Source: Neotamlana nanhaiensis (GTDB lineage Bacteria > Bacteroidota > Bacteroidia > Flavobacteriales > Flavobacteriaceae). From it: a stretch of 64,000 nucleotides of DNA. How positions within the stretch are numbered: the first letter of the stretch is position 1; every line of letters starts with the position of its first letter. The stretch spans positions 296,831 to 360,830 of the forward strand of contig NZ_JTDV01000002.1 in the NCBI RefSeq assembly GCF_000943555.1, in the 5' to 3' direction. The position numbers were made by a program, and so were the translations under genes. The notes beneath the pieces were generated by a model. That model had not been told where the DNA came from. It saw only the letters and a program-made list of their open reading frames with translations, and did not search any database. Positions 42,688 through 53,481 of this stretch are shown here, piece by piece.

Positions 42688-43303
42688 AGTAAATATACAT
42701 CTAATGATCTTTTTTTATCTTTAAACTGTATAAAAATATCGACGAAATACATTTTTATTCATTTTTTCGCTTCAATTTTGAACAAAATATTTACAATGAA
42801 CTTATGCTTTTTATTTAAGGAACAAATATATGTTTTTTCGGTTAAAACTAAAATATAAACGATTTATGTTACGTTAAATTATAATTAATTTGACATAATT
42901 TTACGGTTTTAGTCAAAAAAAACAAAAATCTCATAAACATTTTATAATAAGCCTCTTAAATCTTGATTTAGGTTATGGTTAAAAGTAATAATAAAAGGCA
43001 GATTTTACCATTTTATTAACCTGTTTTAAGAAATTTCAACTTTAATATGGTCTTGACTTTCTTTTAAAACCTCTAAATCTATTCCCATTTTCCTGTAATT
43101 GAGAACAGATTGTTATACGCTTTCTGGTAAAATCATGCTGCTTTTAGCTGAAAAATAATAGATTACAGCATGTATTATAAATTTTACCGAAACCATTTCA
43201 GGACAACATAATCTTTAATACAAACTAGAATAACTGCGTTAATATTATTAAAATGTAGAAATAAAAAAACCGCTCCAAAATATATGAAGCGATTTCTATT
43301 AAG

Positions 43304-43377
43304 TGGTCCCACCTGGGCTCGAACCAGGGACTTTCTGATTATGAGTCAGATACTCTAACCAACTGAGTTATAGGACC
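43304..43377 (-). tRNA. tRNA-Met (anticodon CAT; elongator type, possibly tRNA-Ile2/lysidine).
   Basis: The reverse complement GGTCCTATAACTCAGTTGGTTAGAGTATCTGACTCATAATCAGAAAG...GGTTCGAGCCC folds as a cloverleaf with no initiator features. Confidence 0.8.
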
Positions 43378-43452
43378 CATTAGCAAAAGCTAATACTCTT
43401 TTTAAAAAGAGAGTGCAATATTACTACTTATTTTATAACTCTACAAGAAAAA

Positions 43453-43857
43453 TTAATCCTTTATATCTTGGCATAATTCAATTAAAACACCGTTTGTTGT
43501 TTTTGGATGCAAAAAAGCCACTAATTTGTTATCGGCGCCTCGTTTAGGCTGTTCGTTTAAAACTGTAAAGCCTTCATTTTTAAGACGCTCAATTTCTGTT
43601 TCAATATTACTCACAGCAAAAGCAATATGATGTACGCCTTCGCCCTTTTTTTCAATAAACTTTGCAATGGCACTATTAGGGTTTGTCGCTTCAAGTAATT
43701 CTACTTTATTATCGCCAGCTTTAAAAAAAGCAGTGTTTACGGCCTCTAAAGCTACTTCTTCAATTTTGTAATGAGGTGCACCAAGAAGCTTTTCAAATAA
43801 AACACAAGAATCCTTTAAACTTTTTACAGCTATACCAATATGTTCAATTTTATTCAT
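43453..43857 (-). CDS. mce: Methylmalonyl-CoA epimerase (VOC/glyoxalase fold).
   Basis: IEHIGIAVKSL ... GEGVHHIAFAV paired beta-alpha-beta-beta-beta modules, 134 aa. Confidence 0.75.
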   Translation of the reverse strand: MNKIEHIGIAVKSLKDSCVLFEKLLGAPHYKIEEVALEAVNTAFFKAGDNKVELLEATNPNSAIAKFIEKKGEGVHHIAFAVSNIETEIERLKNEGFTVLNEQPKRGADNKLVAFLHPKTTNGVLIELCQDIKD

Positions 43858-43938
43858 TTTAAAGGCGTTATTTGCTGAAGATACAAATTATGGTAATAAA
43901 AATAATCTTATTTTTGCACTTTAATAGCATATAACATT

Positions 43939-44334
43939 TTGGAAGAAAGTCAAAGACAAAAAAAAATAGCATCGGTTTTACAACACGATTTGGTAGATGT
44001 TTTACAACGAGCAGCCACCGATGGCGGTATGCGTGGGGTTATAATTTCGGTAAGTAAAGTACGTGTTACGGTCGATTTAAGTATTGCCAAAGTGTATTTA
44101 AGCATCTTCCCTAACGATAAAACAAAACCACTTTTAGAAGGTATTCGCTCTAACACGCCACTTATTAGACATGAGTTGGCGCAACGCACAAAAAATCAGT
44201 TACGTCGTATGCCTAATTTAGAGTTTTTTATTGATGACTCTTTGGAGTATATCGACAATATAAACAAGTCGTTAAAAGGCGAAGACAACCCTATTAAAGA
44301 TCCTTCAATTTTAGATAAACGCAAAAAAAAGTAA
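43939..44334 (+). CDS. rbfA: Ribosome-binding factor A.
   Basis: KIASVLQHDLVDVLQ ... VRVTVDLSIAKVYLSIF, a KH-like RbfA pattern. Confidence 0.85.
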   Translation: MEESQRQKKIASVLQHDLVDVLQRAATDGGMRGVIISVSKVRVTVDLSIAKVYLSIFPNDKTKPLLEGIRSNTPLIRHELAQRTKNQLRRMPNLEFFIDDSLEYIDNINKSLKGEDNPIKDPSILDKRKKK

Positions 44335-44377
44335 GTCGCTAAACCCATCTGTGTTTTAGCTTTCTTATCTTTAAAGC

Positions 44378-45583
44378 ATGAATTTTTCGCTTTACATAGC
44401 CAAACGCTATTTACACTCTAAAAGTAGCAACAATGCTATAAATTTTATCACTTATATTGCCCTAATTGGCGTTATTTTAGGGGCAGCATCGTTGTTTATA
44501 GTATTATCGGGTTTTGCAGGTTTAAAAGATTTTACACTTAAATTTTCTAGTATTTTAGATCCCGACTTAAAAGCCGAAAGTGCTAGCGGAAAATCGTTTT
44601 TAATTACCAATAGCGAACTTACTCAGCTTGAAAACATAAAGGAAATAACGCATTTTTCTAAAGTCATTGAAGACCGTGTAGCCATTCGTACCGACGACAA
44701 AAACGCCTTAGCAACCATAAAAGGTGTTGATGCAAATTACAAATACATTGCCAGCGTTGATTCTATTTTAGATTACGGCGATTGGTTTGACCAAAAATCC
44801 AATCAAATAGTTGTAGGCTGGGGTATTTCAAATAGCCTTTCGCTTGGCGTTTTAGATTTTACAAAACCAATAAACATTTATGTACCCAAACCTGGAACAG
44901 GGCAAATAACCTCAACTAAAAATGCATTTAACTCTGTAAGAACCATAAATGTTGGCGTATTTTTTATAAATGAAAGTTTAAATGATGAATACATTTTTGC
45001 TCCAATAGATTTGGTGAAGCATTTATTAAATTACCAAGACAATCAACTGTCTTCAATAGAATTTGTTTTAAGTGAAAATGCCAACGAAGCTGAAGTTAAA
45101 AACAAAATAAAAGCCATTCTGGGCGACCGGATTACTATAAAAAACCGCGCACAATTAAACGATGCGCTCTACAAAATGCTTAATACCGAAAATTTAGCCG
45201 TGTATTTAATTTTTACTTTGGTATTAATAATTGCCTTTTTTAACATTATTGGTTCATTAATAATGATGATTCTTGACAAAAAAAATAGCTTAAAAACCTT
45301 ATTTAATATTGGTGCAACAGTAAAAGATATAAAGCGAATATTTTTTCTTCAAGGTAGTTTAATGAGTGTTATTGGGGGCATTATCGGGCTTATTTTAGCC
45401 TTAATTATTACCTTGATACAGCAACAATTTAATTTGGTAATGATTACACCAACCTTACCTTATCCTGTAACTATAAAGTTTGAAAACGTTGTAATTGTTT
45501 TGGTTACCATTTGGGTTTTAGGTATTGTGGCTAGTAAAATTGCTTCTACCCGAATTACGGAGTCTATGGTTAGGAATATTTAG
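44378..45583 (+). CDS. ABC transporter permease, FtsX/LolC/E-like.
   Basis: N-terminal TM, large periplasmic loop, and three C-terminal TMs. Start IAKRYLHSK. Confidence 0.8.
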   Translation: MNFSLYIAKRYLHSKSSNNAINFITYIALIGVILGAASLFIVLSGFAGLKDFTLKFSSILDPDLKAESASGKSFLITNSELTQLENIKEITHFSKVIEDRVAIRTDDKNALATIKGVDANYKYIASVDSILDYGDWFDQKSNQIVVGWGISNSLSLGVLDFTKPINIYVPKPGTGQITSTKNAFNSVRTINVGVFFINESLNDEYIFAPIDLVKHLLNYQDNQLSSIEFVLSENANEAEVKNKIKAILGDRITIKNRAQLNDALYKMLNTENLAVYLIFTLVLIIAFFNIIGSLIMMILDKKNSLKTLFNIGATVKDIKRIFFLQGSLMSVIGGIIGLILALIITLIQQQFNLVMITPTLPYPVTIKFENVVIVLVTIWVLGIVASKIASTRITESMVRNI

Positions 45584-45704
45584 TTTTCCAACGGTTGACA
45601 AATAACTAAAAACCGAAACGGACTTAACAAAATAGCTACCTAAACTAAAGTGAGTTCGATTTTAAATATATAAAAGAATAGTCAAAAAATCAATGTAACA
45701 GATA

Positions 45705-45783
45705 TTTGTCACCTTGAGCGCAGCCGAAAGGTCTCCTAATAATCCTATATCAATTTGGTTTCGACTACGCTCAACCTGACAAA
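45705..45783. repeat. Palindromic MITE/REP-like element: 25-bp inverted-repeat arms TTTGTCACCTTGAGCGCAGCCGAAA / TTTCGACTACGCTCAACCTGACAAA.
   Basis: The arms are reverse complements with 4 mismatches and a 29-bp spacer. Related copies lie at 63934-63999, 29756-29779, and 32747-32774. Confidence 0.6.
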
Positions 45784-46026
45784 AGATACTAGTTTACTTA
45801 TTTTCAAATAAATAAAAGTGAGATTAAATCGAACTCGTATTAAACACTATCATCTGATAACAACTTTGTACCTCAACGACTTTGCGAGCACACAAACCTT
45901 AAACGATAATTTTATAAGACTGCTTCGTACCTCGCAGTGACCTATTTAACAAACTCTTTACTTATAAAATCCTCTTTGCGCCTTAGCGACTCACCGAGAA
46001 ATATTTCCCTCAACGACACCAAAAAC

Positions 46027-46305
46027 CTACTTTTTCCTATCAATATGTCCTAAATCTCGAGTTGGAGCAATGACGTCGCGTACTTTTATTTTTAAAGTTG
46101 TAATTTCAGGAAAACCTTTCATCTCTTTTCTAGACCAAATTTTTTCGTCGTTGGCATAAACTTCAAAAATTCCACCAGTTCCTGGTACAAGTATTAATTC
46201 ATCAATCTCATCATTAAACGTTGAAAGTAATTCTTGAGCCATCCAAGTAGCGCGTAATAACCATTTACATTGGGTGCAGTATGTTATTTTAACGGTTGTT
46301 TTCAT
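46027..46305 (-). CDS. SelT/SelW/Rdx family protein (CxxC redox motif).
   Basis: ITYCTQCKWLLRATWMAQELL is a typical Rdx-fold CxxC, here with Cys in place of Sec. Confidence 0.7.
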   Translation of the reverse strand: MKTTVKITYCTQCKWLLRATWMAQELLSTFNDEIDELILVPGTGGIFEVYANDEKIWSRKEMKGFPEITTLKIKVRDVIAPTRDLGHIDRKK

Positions 46306-46423
46306 CGTTTTTATTCCTGTTAGAAATATATAAAATTGCTATACAAAAACCTTTCGTCTATCCTAAAGATGACAAAACACGCTTTATTCAATTTTAATAA
46401 TCATAAAAGAAGCTTCTCGTTAA

Positions 46424-47419
46424 TTATTCGGTAAATTGATAATTGGCAAATTTTTCTTCTACCTCATCAAAAGCTGCAAAAACATCCTTTGCATCGTCGC
46501 TAGTTACCATTTTGGTACGATATTCTTTAAAATGCGGAATGCCTTTAAAATAATTCGTGTAATGTCGTCTGGTTTCCAGAACACCTAGAATTTCGCCTTT
46601 CCAATCGATACTCATTTGTAAATGTCGGCGAGCAGCATCCACACGTTCTTGCATACTTATTGGTGCCAAATGCTCACCTGTTGTAAAAAAGTGTTTCACT
46701 TGTTTAAAAAACCATGGATTACCAATACTAGCACGACCAATCATACAACCATCTAACCCATATTCATCGCGCATTTCCACGGCTCGTTCTGGCGTATTTA
46801 CATCGCCGTTTCCAAATACTGGAATATGCATGCGTGGGTTGTTTTTTACTTGTGCAATTGGTTTCCAATCGGCATTACCTTTATACATTTGCGCACGTGT
46901 ACGCCCATGAATAGCAATGGCTTTACAGCCTACATCTTGCAAGCGTTCGGCAACTTCAACAATTTTTATAGAGTCGTGATCCCAACCCAATCGAGTTTTT
47001 ACGGTAATAGGAATACTGCTGCGCTTAACCATTTCGGCAGTGAGTTTTTCCATCAGGCAAACATCTTTTAAAATACCCGCGCCAGCGCCTTTACTTACTA
47101 CTTTTTTTACCGGACAACCAAAATTTATATCGATAATATCTGGTTTCGATTCTGATACAATATCGATGGTTTGCAACATGCTATCTAAATTAGCACCAAA
47201 TATTTGAATACCAACAGGACGCTCTTTTTCGTAAATATCGAGCTTCATAACACTTTTAGCAGCATTACGAATAAGCCCTTCGCTAGAAACAAACTCGGTG
47301 TAAACCACATCGGCGCCTTGTTCTTTACACAATTTACGAAATGGCGGATCGCTTACATCTTCCATAGGAGCTAATAGCAGCGGAAAGTCTGGAAGTTCTA
47401 TATTACCTATTTTTACCAC
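46424..47419 (-). CDS. dusB: tRNA-dihydrouridine synthase.
   Basis: LAPMEDVSDPPFR and a TIM-barrel FMN site with the catalytic Cys context INFGCP. Confidence 0.85.
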   Translation of the reverse strand: MVKIGNIELPDFPLLLAPMEDVSDPPFRKLCKEQGADVVYTEFVSSEGLIRNAAKSVMKLDIYEKERPVGIQIFGANLDSMLQTIDIVSESKPDIIDINFGCPVKKVVSKGAGAGILKDVCLMEKLTAEMVKRSSIPITVKTRLGWDHDSIKIVEVAERLQDVGCKAIAIHGRTRAQMYKGNADWKPIAQVKNNPRMHIPVFGNGDVNTPERAVEMRDEYGLDGCMIGRASIGNPWFFKQVKHFFTTGEHLAPISMQERVDAARRHLQMSIDWKGEILGVLETRRHYTNYFKGIPHFKEYRTKMVTSDDAKDVFAAFDEVEEKFANYQFTE

Positions 47420-47501
47420 GATACAATTTTTGTGGCAAAAATACAGTATTTTGGGTAAACATACCTATTGATGATAATAAGACGAATTTTAAAATAAAAT
47501 T

Positions 47502-49922
47502 CTACTGCTCAACCGTATAATAAACCGTTTTAACCACAGGAATACCAGAGCCCGTTAACCCTTGTAATTCCACTTTTACTGTGGTTTCAACTTTACTGTT
47601 ATAAAACTTTAGGGTTGTAGGTTTGTTTTCATCTGGAAATACATACGGATTCCAGTATAGGGTGTTTCTAATATCGTTTTCGGTACTAACATTTAATTTA
47701 TCGGGTGTAGGCGAAAAAAAAGTACGGGCATTGTAATAGCCATCAATTATTTGAGTAATAGAATGTAATGACGGTTTTGTTGGTATGTTAACCTCGCCAC
47801 GTTTAGTATAAATTACAATAACACCATTACCACCTTGCCCACCAAAAATAGCGGTATTTGGCCCTTTAAAAGCTTCTATTTTGGCAACGTCAACGGCTTG
47901 CATATTACGCACACTTTCTTGATCCCATTGTACACCATCTACCAATATTTGCGCGGGTTGACCGCCGTATCGACTAAAACCTAATTGATTATTCATCACA
48001 GAAACCCCAGGCACATTAAATTGAATAAACTGAAAAATATCGCTGTAAACCAGAGTTTTATCATCTACAACAAAAGTATTATCGGCAAAACCATACATGC
48101 TTTGTGGTACATCATCTTTTTTTGAGGCTGTAATTTCTACGGCCGCCAAAACATTTTCTGGCGGTACACCATACATCATATATTTTTTATAAATGGCTTC
48201 TTTTAATGAATTTTGATTTGTTGTATCTTCAACGTCCAACTTATAATCAAACATTACAGGTAATTCTGGAACCGAATCTAAAATAAACATGCCTCGGCCT
48301 TTACCTTTTTGGTTACTTGTATTTAACATCATGGTAGTTTTGCCAGTAAACACCAAATCGTTAAAATTAAAAGCGCCTAACGAATCGGTTAACGTATGAA
48401 ACAATTGTATTCCATCATCATTTAAAAGCGACAGGGTTACATTACTATCGGGTTTGTTTTTACTACCAAAAAGCTGTTTTACATGTCCGGAAATTTCAAG
48501 TCCTTTTTCTGCTTTAAAAATTAAATTATCATGTGTTTTTGCTGCATGTTTCCATAAAAAATCACGCCATCCTTGAGTTAATAATAACAAATCTAAAAAC
48601 ACCAAACGCTTGCTATTATTAGCATCAAAATAAAATCCAGGATTATTTACACGCCCTTTTATATCAGATTCCATTAAAAAATATGAACAAATATTGCTTG
48701 TATAATCATTAATTGCTTGTCGTCCGTTTTGGTCCGAAACACTAAGCGAAAAACTCGCAGGAACAGTTTGGTTTTGGCTATCTTTTGAAGTCATTTGTAT
48801 TACAACTTCTTCGTTGGGTTGGTACGATGTTTTGTTTGTGCTTAAAGACACATTTAAATCATGCGGTTTTTCAATATATACCAAACGTTCACTTTGCGGT
48901 TTTTGCGATGCATCGTAAAGCGTTAACTGGCTAATACCTTCGGGGAAATTCTCGGTAGGTAATTCAAAAGATGTATTGTTACTATTTAATGGCTGAGAAC
49001 CCTCAAAATACGCTATACCACGTGTATTACAAACTAAGGTTACAGGAGCATTACCGGTTTCTTTTAACGTTTTGTTGTTGGTTTTTATAGTAATTATATG
49101 TTTATCTTTTAACATACGTGATGCCAGCACATAACCTTGTTGTATAGGCTTTGGTAAATCTATTTTAATTTCGGTTTGGTTTGATGTTTTTATTTTTGCG
49201 TAATAGGTTTTATTAGGCAAAGGTTTAAACTGAAATTTACCCATACCATCGTGTAAACTAACAAATAAGGTTACTAAATTATCGGCTTCATCAAACAGTT
49301 CTCCTTGTACTTTTATTGGGTTTCCAAAGGCATCTTCGGCTTTAAAAGCTACAACACTCGCAACATTTTCTAACAGCGAACCACCTTCAGGAAAAAAATT
49401 AACGCTATAAGAATTTTCAATACTATTTCTTGATTTGTTTTTAGCTGATTTTTTAGACTTATCATTATCTACCATGTTGTAATTAAAAACATCTAGAATT
49501 TCAATATTCTTTTTAAAAATTAAAGATTCTTCAAAATTTCTGTTCCAATTCGTATAAGCTCTTAATTGATATTTACCTGGTTTTTGCACCCCCAAAGAAT
49601 CCGTTAAAATAAAATCGCCATTTCCTAAACCTTGCTCCAATCGGGTTTTGTTGCTTAAAACAACCTTGTTATCTTCAGAAATTAAATCAACATACAACAC
49701 GCTACTTTTATCAAACAGTAAATTATTGTATGCATAAACCACATAGGCCTTATACCAAAGCGATTCGCCTAACATATATGCATCCCGATCGGTATGCAAA
49801 TAAATTTTTTCAATATCGGGGACCTTTTTTTGATTTTGAGCGCTAAGATTAAAGGCAAAAAACAGCATTAACAACATATAAATTATATACTGTTTTTTAA
49901 TTTTTTTTGATGGATGAAGCAT
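47502..49922 (-). CDS. Large secreted protein with a TonB-dependent-receptor plug-like domain at its extreme C-terminus.
   Basis: Signal peptide. The C-terminus (FNVPGVSV...ILVDGV...IEAFKGPNTAIFGGQGGNGVIVIYTKRGE) matches plug-domain motifs. No barrel follows. Confidence 0.55.
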   Translation of the reverse strand: MLHPSKKIKKQYIIYMLLMLFFAFNLSAQNQKKVPDIEKIYLHTDRDAYMLGESLWYKAYVVYAYNNLLFDKSSVLYVDLISEDNKVVLSNKTRLEQGLGNGDFILTDSLGVQKPGKYQLRAYTNWNRNFEESLIFKKNIEILDVFNYNMVDNDKSKKSAKNKSRNSIENSYSVNFFPEGGSLLENVASVVAFKAEDAFGNPIKVQGELFDEADNLVTLFVSLHDGMGKFQFKPLPNKTYYAKIKTSNQTEIKIDLPKPIQQGYVLASRMLKDKHIITIKTNNKTLKETGNAPVTLVCNTRGIAYFEGSQPLNSNNTSFELPTENFPEGISQLTLYDASQKPQSERLVYIEKPHDLNVSLSTNKTSYQPNEEVVIQMTSKDSQNQTVPASFSLSVSDQNGRQAINDYTSNICSYFLMESDIKGRVNNPGFYFDANNSKRLVFLDLLLLTQGWRDFLWKHAAKTHDNLIFKAEKGLEISGHVKQLFGSKNKPDSNVTLSLLNDDGIQLFHTLTDSLGAFNFNDLVFTGKTTMMLNTSNQKGKGRGMFILDSVPELPVMFDYKLDVEDTTNQNSLKEAIYKKYMMYGVPPENVLAAVEITASKKDDVPQSMYGFADNTFVVDDKTLVYSDIFQFIQFNVPGVSVMNNQLGFSRYGGQPAQILVDGVQWDQESVRNMQAVDVAKIEAFKGPNTAIFGGQGGNGVIVIYTKRGEVNIPTKPSLHSITQIIDGYYNARTFFSPTPDKLNVSTENDIRNTLYWNPYVFPDENKPTTLKFYNSKVETTVKVELQGLTGSGIPVVKTVYYTVEQ

Positions 49923-50122
49923 GTGGTTTATTAGTTGATATAAGCAATAAATGTAAGACTATAACCAAGTGGAAAGGTTTAATTTTCAGTTAAATTTTTC
50001 AACATTTTAAAAAAAATGAAGCTTTTATACAAAGTCGATACAAATTTTAGCCACTTACGATGTTTTAAGCTCATGCAAAAACACATATATTTGCAAACTA
50101 AATCTATTTTTAGGTTAGCTAT

Positions 50123-51919
50123 ATGAAGAATATTAGAAACTTTTGCATTATTGCACATATTGACCATGGTAAAAGTACCCTTGCCGATCGTTTATTAGAC
50201 TACACCGGTTCGGTAACCGAACGTGAAAAACAAGACCAACTTTTAGATAACATGGATTTGGAGCGCGAACGCGGTATTACCATTAAATCGCACGCCATAC
50301 AAATGGATTATGTTTTTGAAGGCGAAAAGTATGTGCTTAACCTAATTGACACACCTGGACACGTAGATTTTAGTTACGAAGTATCACGATCAATCGCTGC
50401 CTGCGAAGGGGCGCTATTAATTGTTGATGCCGCTCAAAGCATACAGGCGCAAACCATTTCTAACCTGTATTTAGCTTTAGAAAACGATTTAGAAATCATT
50501 CCAGTTTTAAACAAAGTAGATTTACCTAGTGCCAATCCAGAAGAAGTAACCGATGATATTGTTGATTTATTAGGTTGCGACCCCGAAGAGGTAATTCATG
50601 CCAGCGGAAAAACTGGTTTTGGTGTAGATAATATTTTAAAAGCCATTATTGAGCGTATTCCTGCTCCTGTTGGTGAACCTAACGAACCGCTACAAGCCTT
50701 AATTTTCGACTCGGTTTACAACCCATTTCGTGGTGTAGAAACCTACTTTAGAGTTATAAATGGTTCTATTAAAAAAAATCAGCAAATAAAATTTATTGCC
50801 ACTGGTAAAACTTATGGTGCCGACGAAGTTGGTACCCTAAAATTAAAGCAACAGCCAAAGCAAGAAATTAAAGCGGGCGATGTTGGCTACGTTATTACAG
50901 GTATAAAAGAAGCTAAAGAGGTAAAAGTTGGTGATACTATTACCGATTCGGCCAACCCAACAAAAAATGCCATTGGTGGTTTCGAAGATGTTAAACCCAT
51001 GGTTTTTGCAGGTATTTATCCTGTTGATACCGAAGATTACGAAGAACTTCGTGCCTCTATGGAAAAACTGCAACTTAACGATGCCTCGTTAGTATTTGCT
51101 CCAGAAAGTTCTGCAGCGCTAGGTTTTGGTTTCCGTTGTGGGTTTTTAGGCATGCTTCATATGGAAATTATTCAAGAACGTTTAGAGCGTGAGTTTAATA
51201 TGACGGTTATTACAACCGTTCCCAACGTAAGCTACCACGCTTTTACAAATAAAAATCCAGACGAAGTTATTATTGTTAATAACCCGTCTGACTTACCAGA
51301 ACCTTCAACATTAAACCGTGTTGAAGAACCATACATTAAAGCAACCATAATTACCAAATCCGATTTTGTTGGTAACGTTATGAGCTTGTGTATTGAAAAA
51401 CGCGGACAAATAACAAACCAAACCTATTTAACCACCGAGCGTGTTGAGCTTAATTTTGATATGCCATTAGCGGAAATAGTTTTCGATTTTTACGATAGAT
51501 TAAAAACGGTTTCTAAAGGTTATGCGTCGTTCGATTATCATCCTATTGGTATGAAGCAGTCTAAATTGGTTCGTTTAGATGTGTTATTAAACGCCCAATC
51601 GGTTGATGCACTTTCGGCTTTAATTCACGCCGATAACGCACATAACATTGGTAAAAAAATGTGTGAGAAATTGAAGGAGTTAATACCGCGTCAGCAATTC
51701 GATATTCCTATTCAAGCAGCCATTGGAGCCAAAATTATTGCTCGTGAAACCGTAAAAGCTTTACGTAAAGATGTAACTGCAAAATGTTACGGCGGAGACA
51801 TCTCGCGTAAGCGTAAACTGCTAGAAAAACAGAAAAAGGGTAAGAAGCGTATGAGACAAGTAGGAAATGTCGAAATACCTCAGCAAGCATTTATGGCTGT
51901 TTTAAAACTTAACGATTAG
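50123..51919 (+). CDS. lepA: Translation elongation factor 4 (LepA).
   Basis: [22 protein letters not shown] GTPase and a LepA-specific C-terminal domain. Confidence 0.95.
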   Translation: MKNIRNFCIIAHIDHGKSTLADRLLDYTGSVTEREKQDQLLDNMDLERERGITIKSHAIQMDYVFEGEKYVLNLIDTPGHVDFSYEVSRSIAACEGALLIVDAAQSIQAQTISNLYLALENDLEIIPVLNKVDLPSANPEEVTDDIVDLLGCDPEEVIHASGKTGFGVDNILKAIIERIPAPVGEPNEPLQALIFDSVYNPFRGVETYFRVINGSIKKNQQIKFIATGKTYGADEVGTLKLKQQPKQEIKAGDVGYVITGIKEAKEVKVGDTITDSANPTKNAIGGFEDVKPMVFAGIYPVDTEDYEELRASMEKLQLNDASLVFAPESSAALGFGFRCGFLGMLHMEIIQERLEREFNMTVITTVPNVSYHAFTNKNPDEVIIVNNPSDLPEPSTLNRVEEPYIKATIITKSDFVGNVMSLCIEKRGQITNQTYLTTERVELNFDMPLAEIVFDFYDRLKTVSKGYASFDYHPIGMKQSKLVRLDVLLNAQSVDALSALIHADNAHNIGKKMCEKLKELIPRQQFDIPIQAAIGAKIIARETVKALRKDVTAKCYGGDISRKRKLLEKQKKGKKRMRQVGNVEIPQQAFMAVLKLND

Positions 51920-52068
51920 AAAATCATTAATTTTAAAGCTTAAAAATATCTTATTGTTATTAATTCATTTTTAAATTATTAATAATGCATTAATTTCTTT
52001 AAAAACAAAAAATGTTTTTAATTTTTGTCGTTTATTTTTGTAAGTTTATACAGAACCAAAAATAAATA

Positions 52069-53475
52069 ATGAAAATTATACACATTAGTGCAGAATGCTA
52101 TCCCGTTGCTAAAGTTGGAGGGCTTGCAGATGTAGTTGGTGCTTTACCTAAATACCTTAATAATTCTGGAGTTTACTCACAGGTTTTTATGCCTTTTTAC
52201 GATAATAAATTTACCAAAACTAACCACTTTGATACTATTTATTCTTCCGAAGTTTTTTTAGGTGAAACCACTTATAAATTTAATATTTTAGTACTTCAAG
52301 ATTCAACATTAGATTTTGATGTGTTTTTTGTTGATATTCCGGATTTACTTTTTAAAGATTACGTGTATTCTTATGAAGATACCGAACGCTTTTTAGCCTT
52401 TCAAATAGCAACTTTAGATTGGTTATTAACATGGCACGATTATCCAGATGTAATTCATTGTCACGATCATCATACTGGGTTAATTCCGTTTATGCTTCAA
52501 GAGAGTTTTAAATATGAAGATTTTAGGCATATACCAAGTATTTTAACCATACATAATGCGCAATATCAAGGTTGGTTTCCACACGATAAGGTGCACCTAA
52601 TTCCAGCATTTAATTTCGACAATGTTGGCCTTTTAGATTGGGGCGGAACCATAAACCCATTAGCTGCAGCTATAAAATGCGCATGGCGTGTTAGCACCGT
52701 TTCGCCAACCTACATGGAAGAATTGAAAAAAAATGCCAATGGTTTAGAAAGTTTATTAAGCGCCGAAGGCGCAAAATGCTCTGGGATTTTAAATGGCATC
52801 GATACCGATGTTTGGAATCCAGAAACCGATGAGTTTCTTATTGAAAATTATACCATAAATACGGTTAATAAAGGAGCTAAAGCAAATAAAAAACACCTTT
52901 GTGATGCTTTTAATTTAGACGAAAACAAACCGCTTTTCGCTTTTATTGGTCGATTAGTACATCAAAAAGGCACCGATTTGTTTCCAGAAATTTTTAAAAA
53001 TGCCCTTAAAAATAACGATCTTAACATTCTACTTTTAGGCTCTGGCGATCCTTATTTAGAAGATAGCCTTAACGCTTTAAAAACAGAATTTGAAGGTAAT
53101 TATAACACCTACATCGGCTACGACGAAAAACTATCGCATATTATTTATGCTGGCGCCGATTTTCTTTTAATGCCTTCGCGAGTAGAACCTTGCGGACTAA
53201 ACCAAATGTACTCTCTGCGGTATGGTACCATACCCATTGTTACTAAAATTGGCGGTCTAAAAGATACGGTTATCGATATTGAAGAAACCAATGGTTTTGG
53301 TTTTTGTCACGATACCACCAATGTTGCAGAAATTAATGAAACTATTAATCGTGCAGTTAAACTTTATTCAACACCATCAAAATACAAAAAATTAAGAACA
53401 CAAATTATGACAATTGACCATTCATGGCACGCCTCTGCACAACAATACATCAACCTATATAATTCTATAAACTAA
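52069..53475 (+). CDS. glgA: Glycogen synthase (Bacteroidetes-type GlgA).
   Basis: MKIIHISAECYPVAKVGGLADVVGALPK N-terminus. Confidence 0.85.
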   Translation: MKIIHISAECYPVAKVGGLADVVGALPKYLNNSGVYSQVFMPFYDNKFTKTNHFDTIYSSEVFLGETTYKFNILVLQDSTLDFDVFFVDIPDLLFKDYVYSYEDTERFLAFQIATLDWLLTWHDYPDVIHCHDHHTGLIPFMLQESFKYEDFRHIPSILTIHNAQYQGWFPHDKVHLIPAFNFDNVGLLDWGGTINPLAAAIKCAWRVSTVSPTYMEELKKNANGLESLLSAEGAKCSGILNGIDTDVWNPETDEFLIENYTINTVNKGAKANKKHLCDAFNLDENKPLFAFIGRLVHQKGTDLFPEIFKNALKNNDLNILLLGSGDPYLEDSLNALKTEFEGNYNTYIGYDEKLSHIIYAGADFLLMPSRVEPCGLNQMYSLRYGTIPIVTKIGGLKDTVIDIEETNGFGFCHDTTNVAEINETINRAVKLYSTPSKYKKLRTQIMTIDHSWHASAQQYINLYNSIN

Positions 53476-53481
53476 GTAAAA

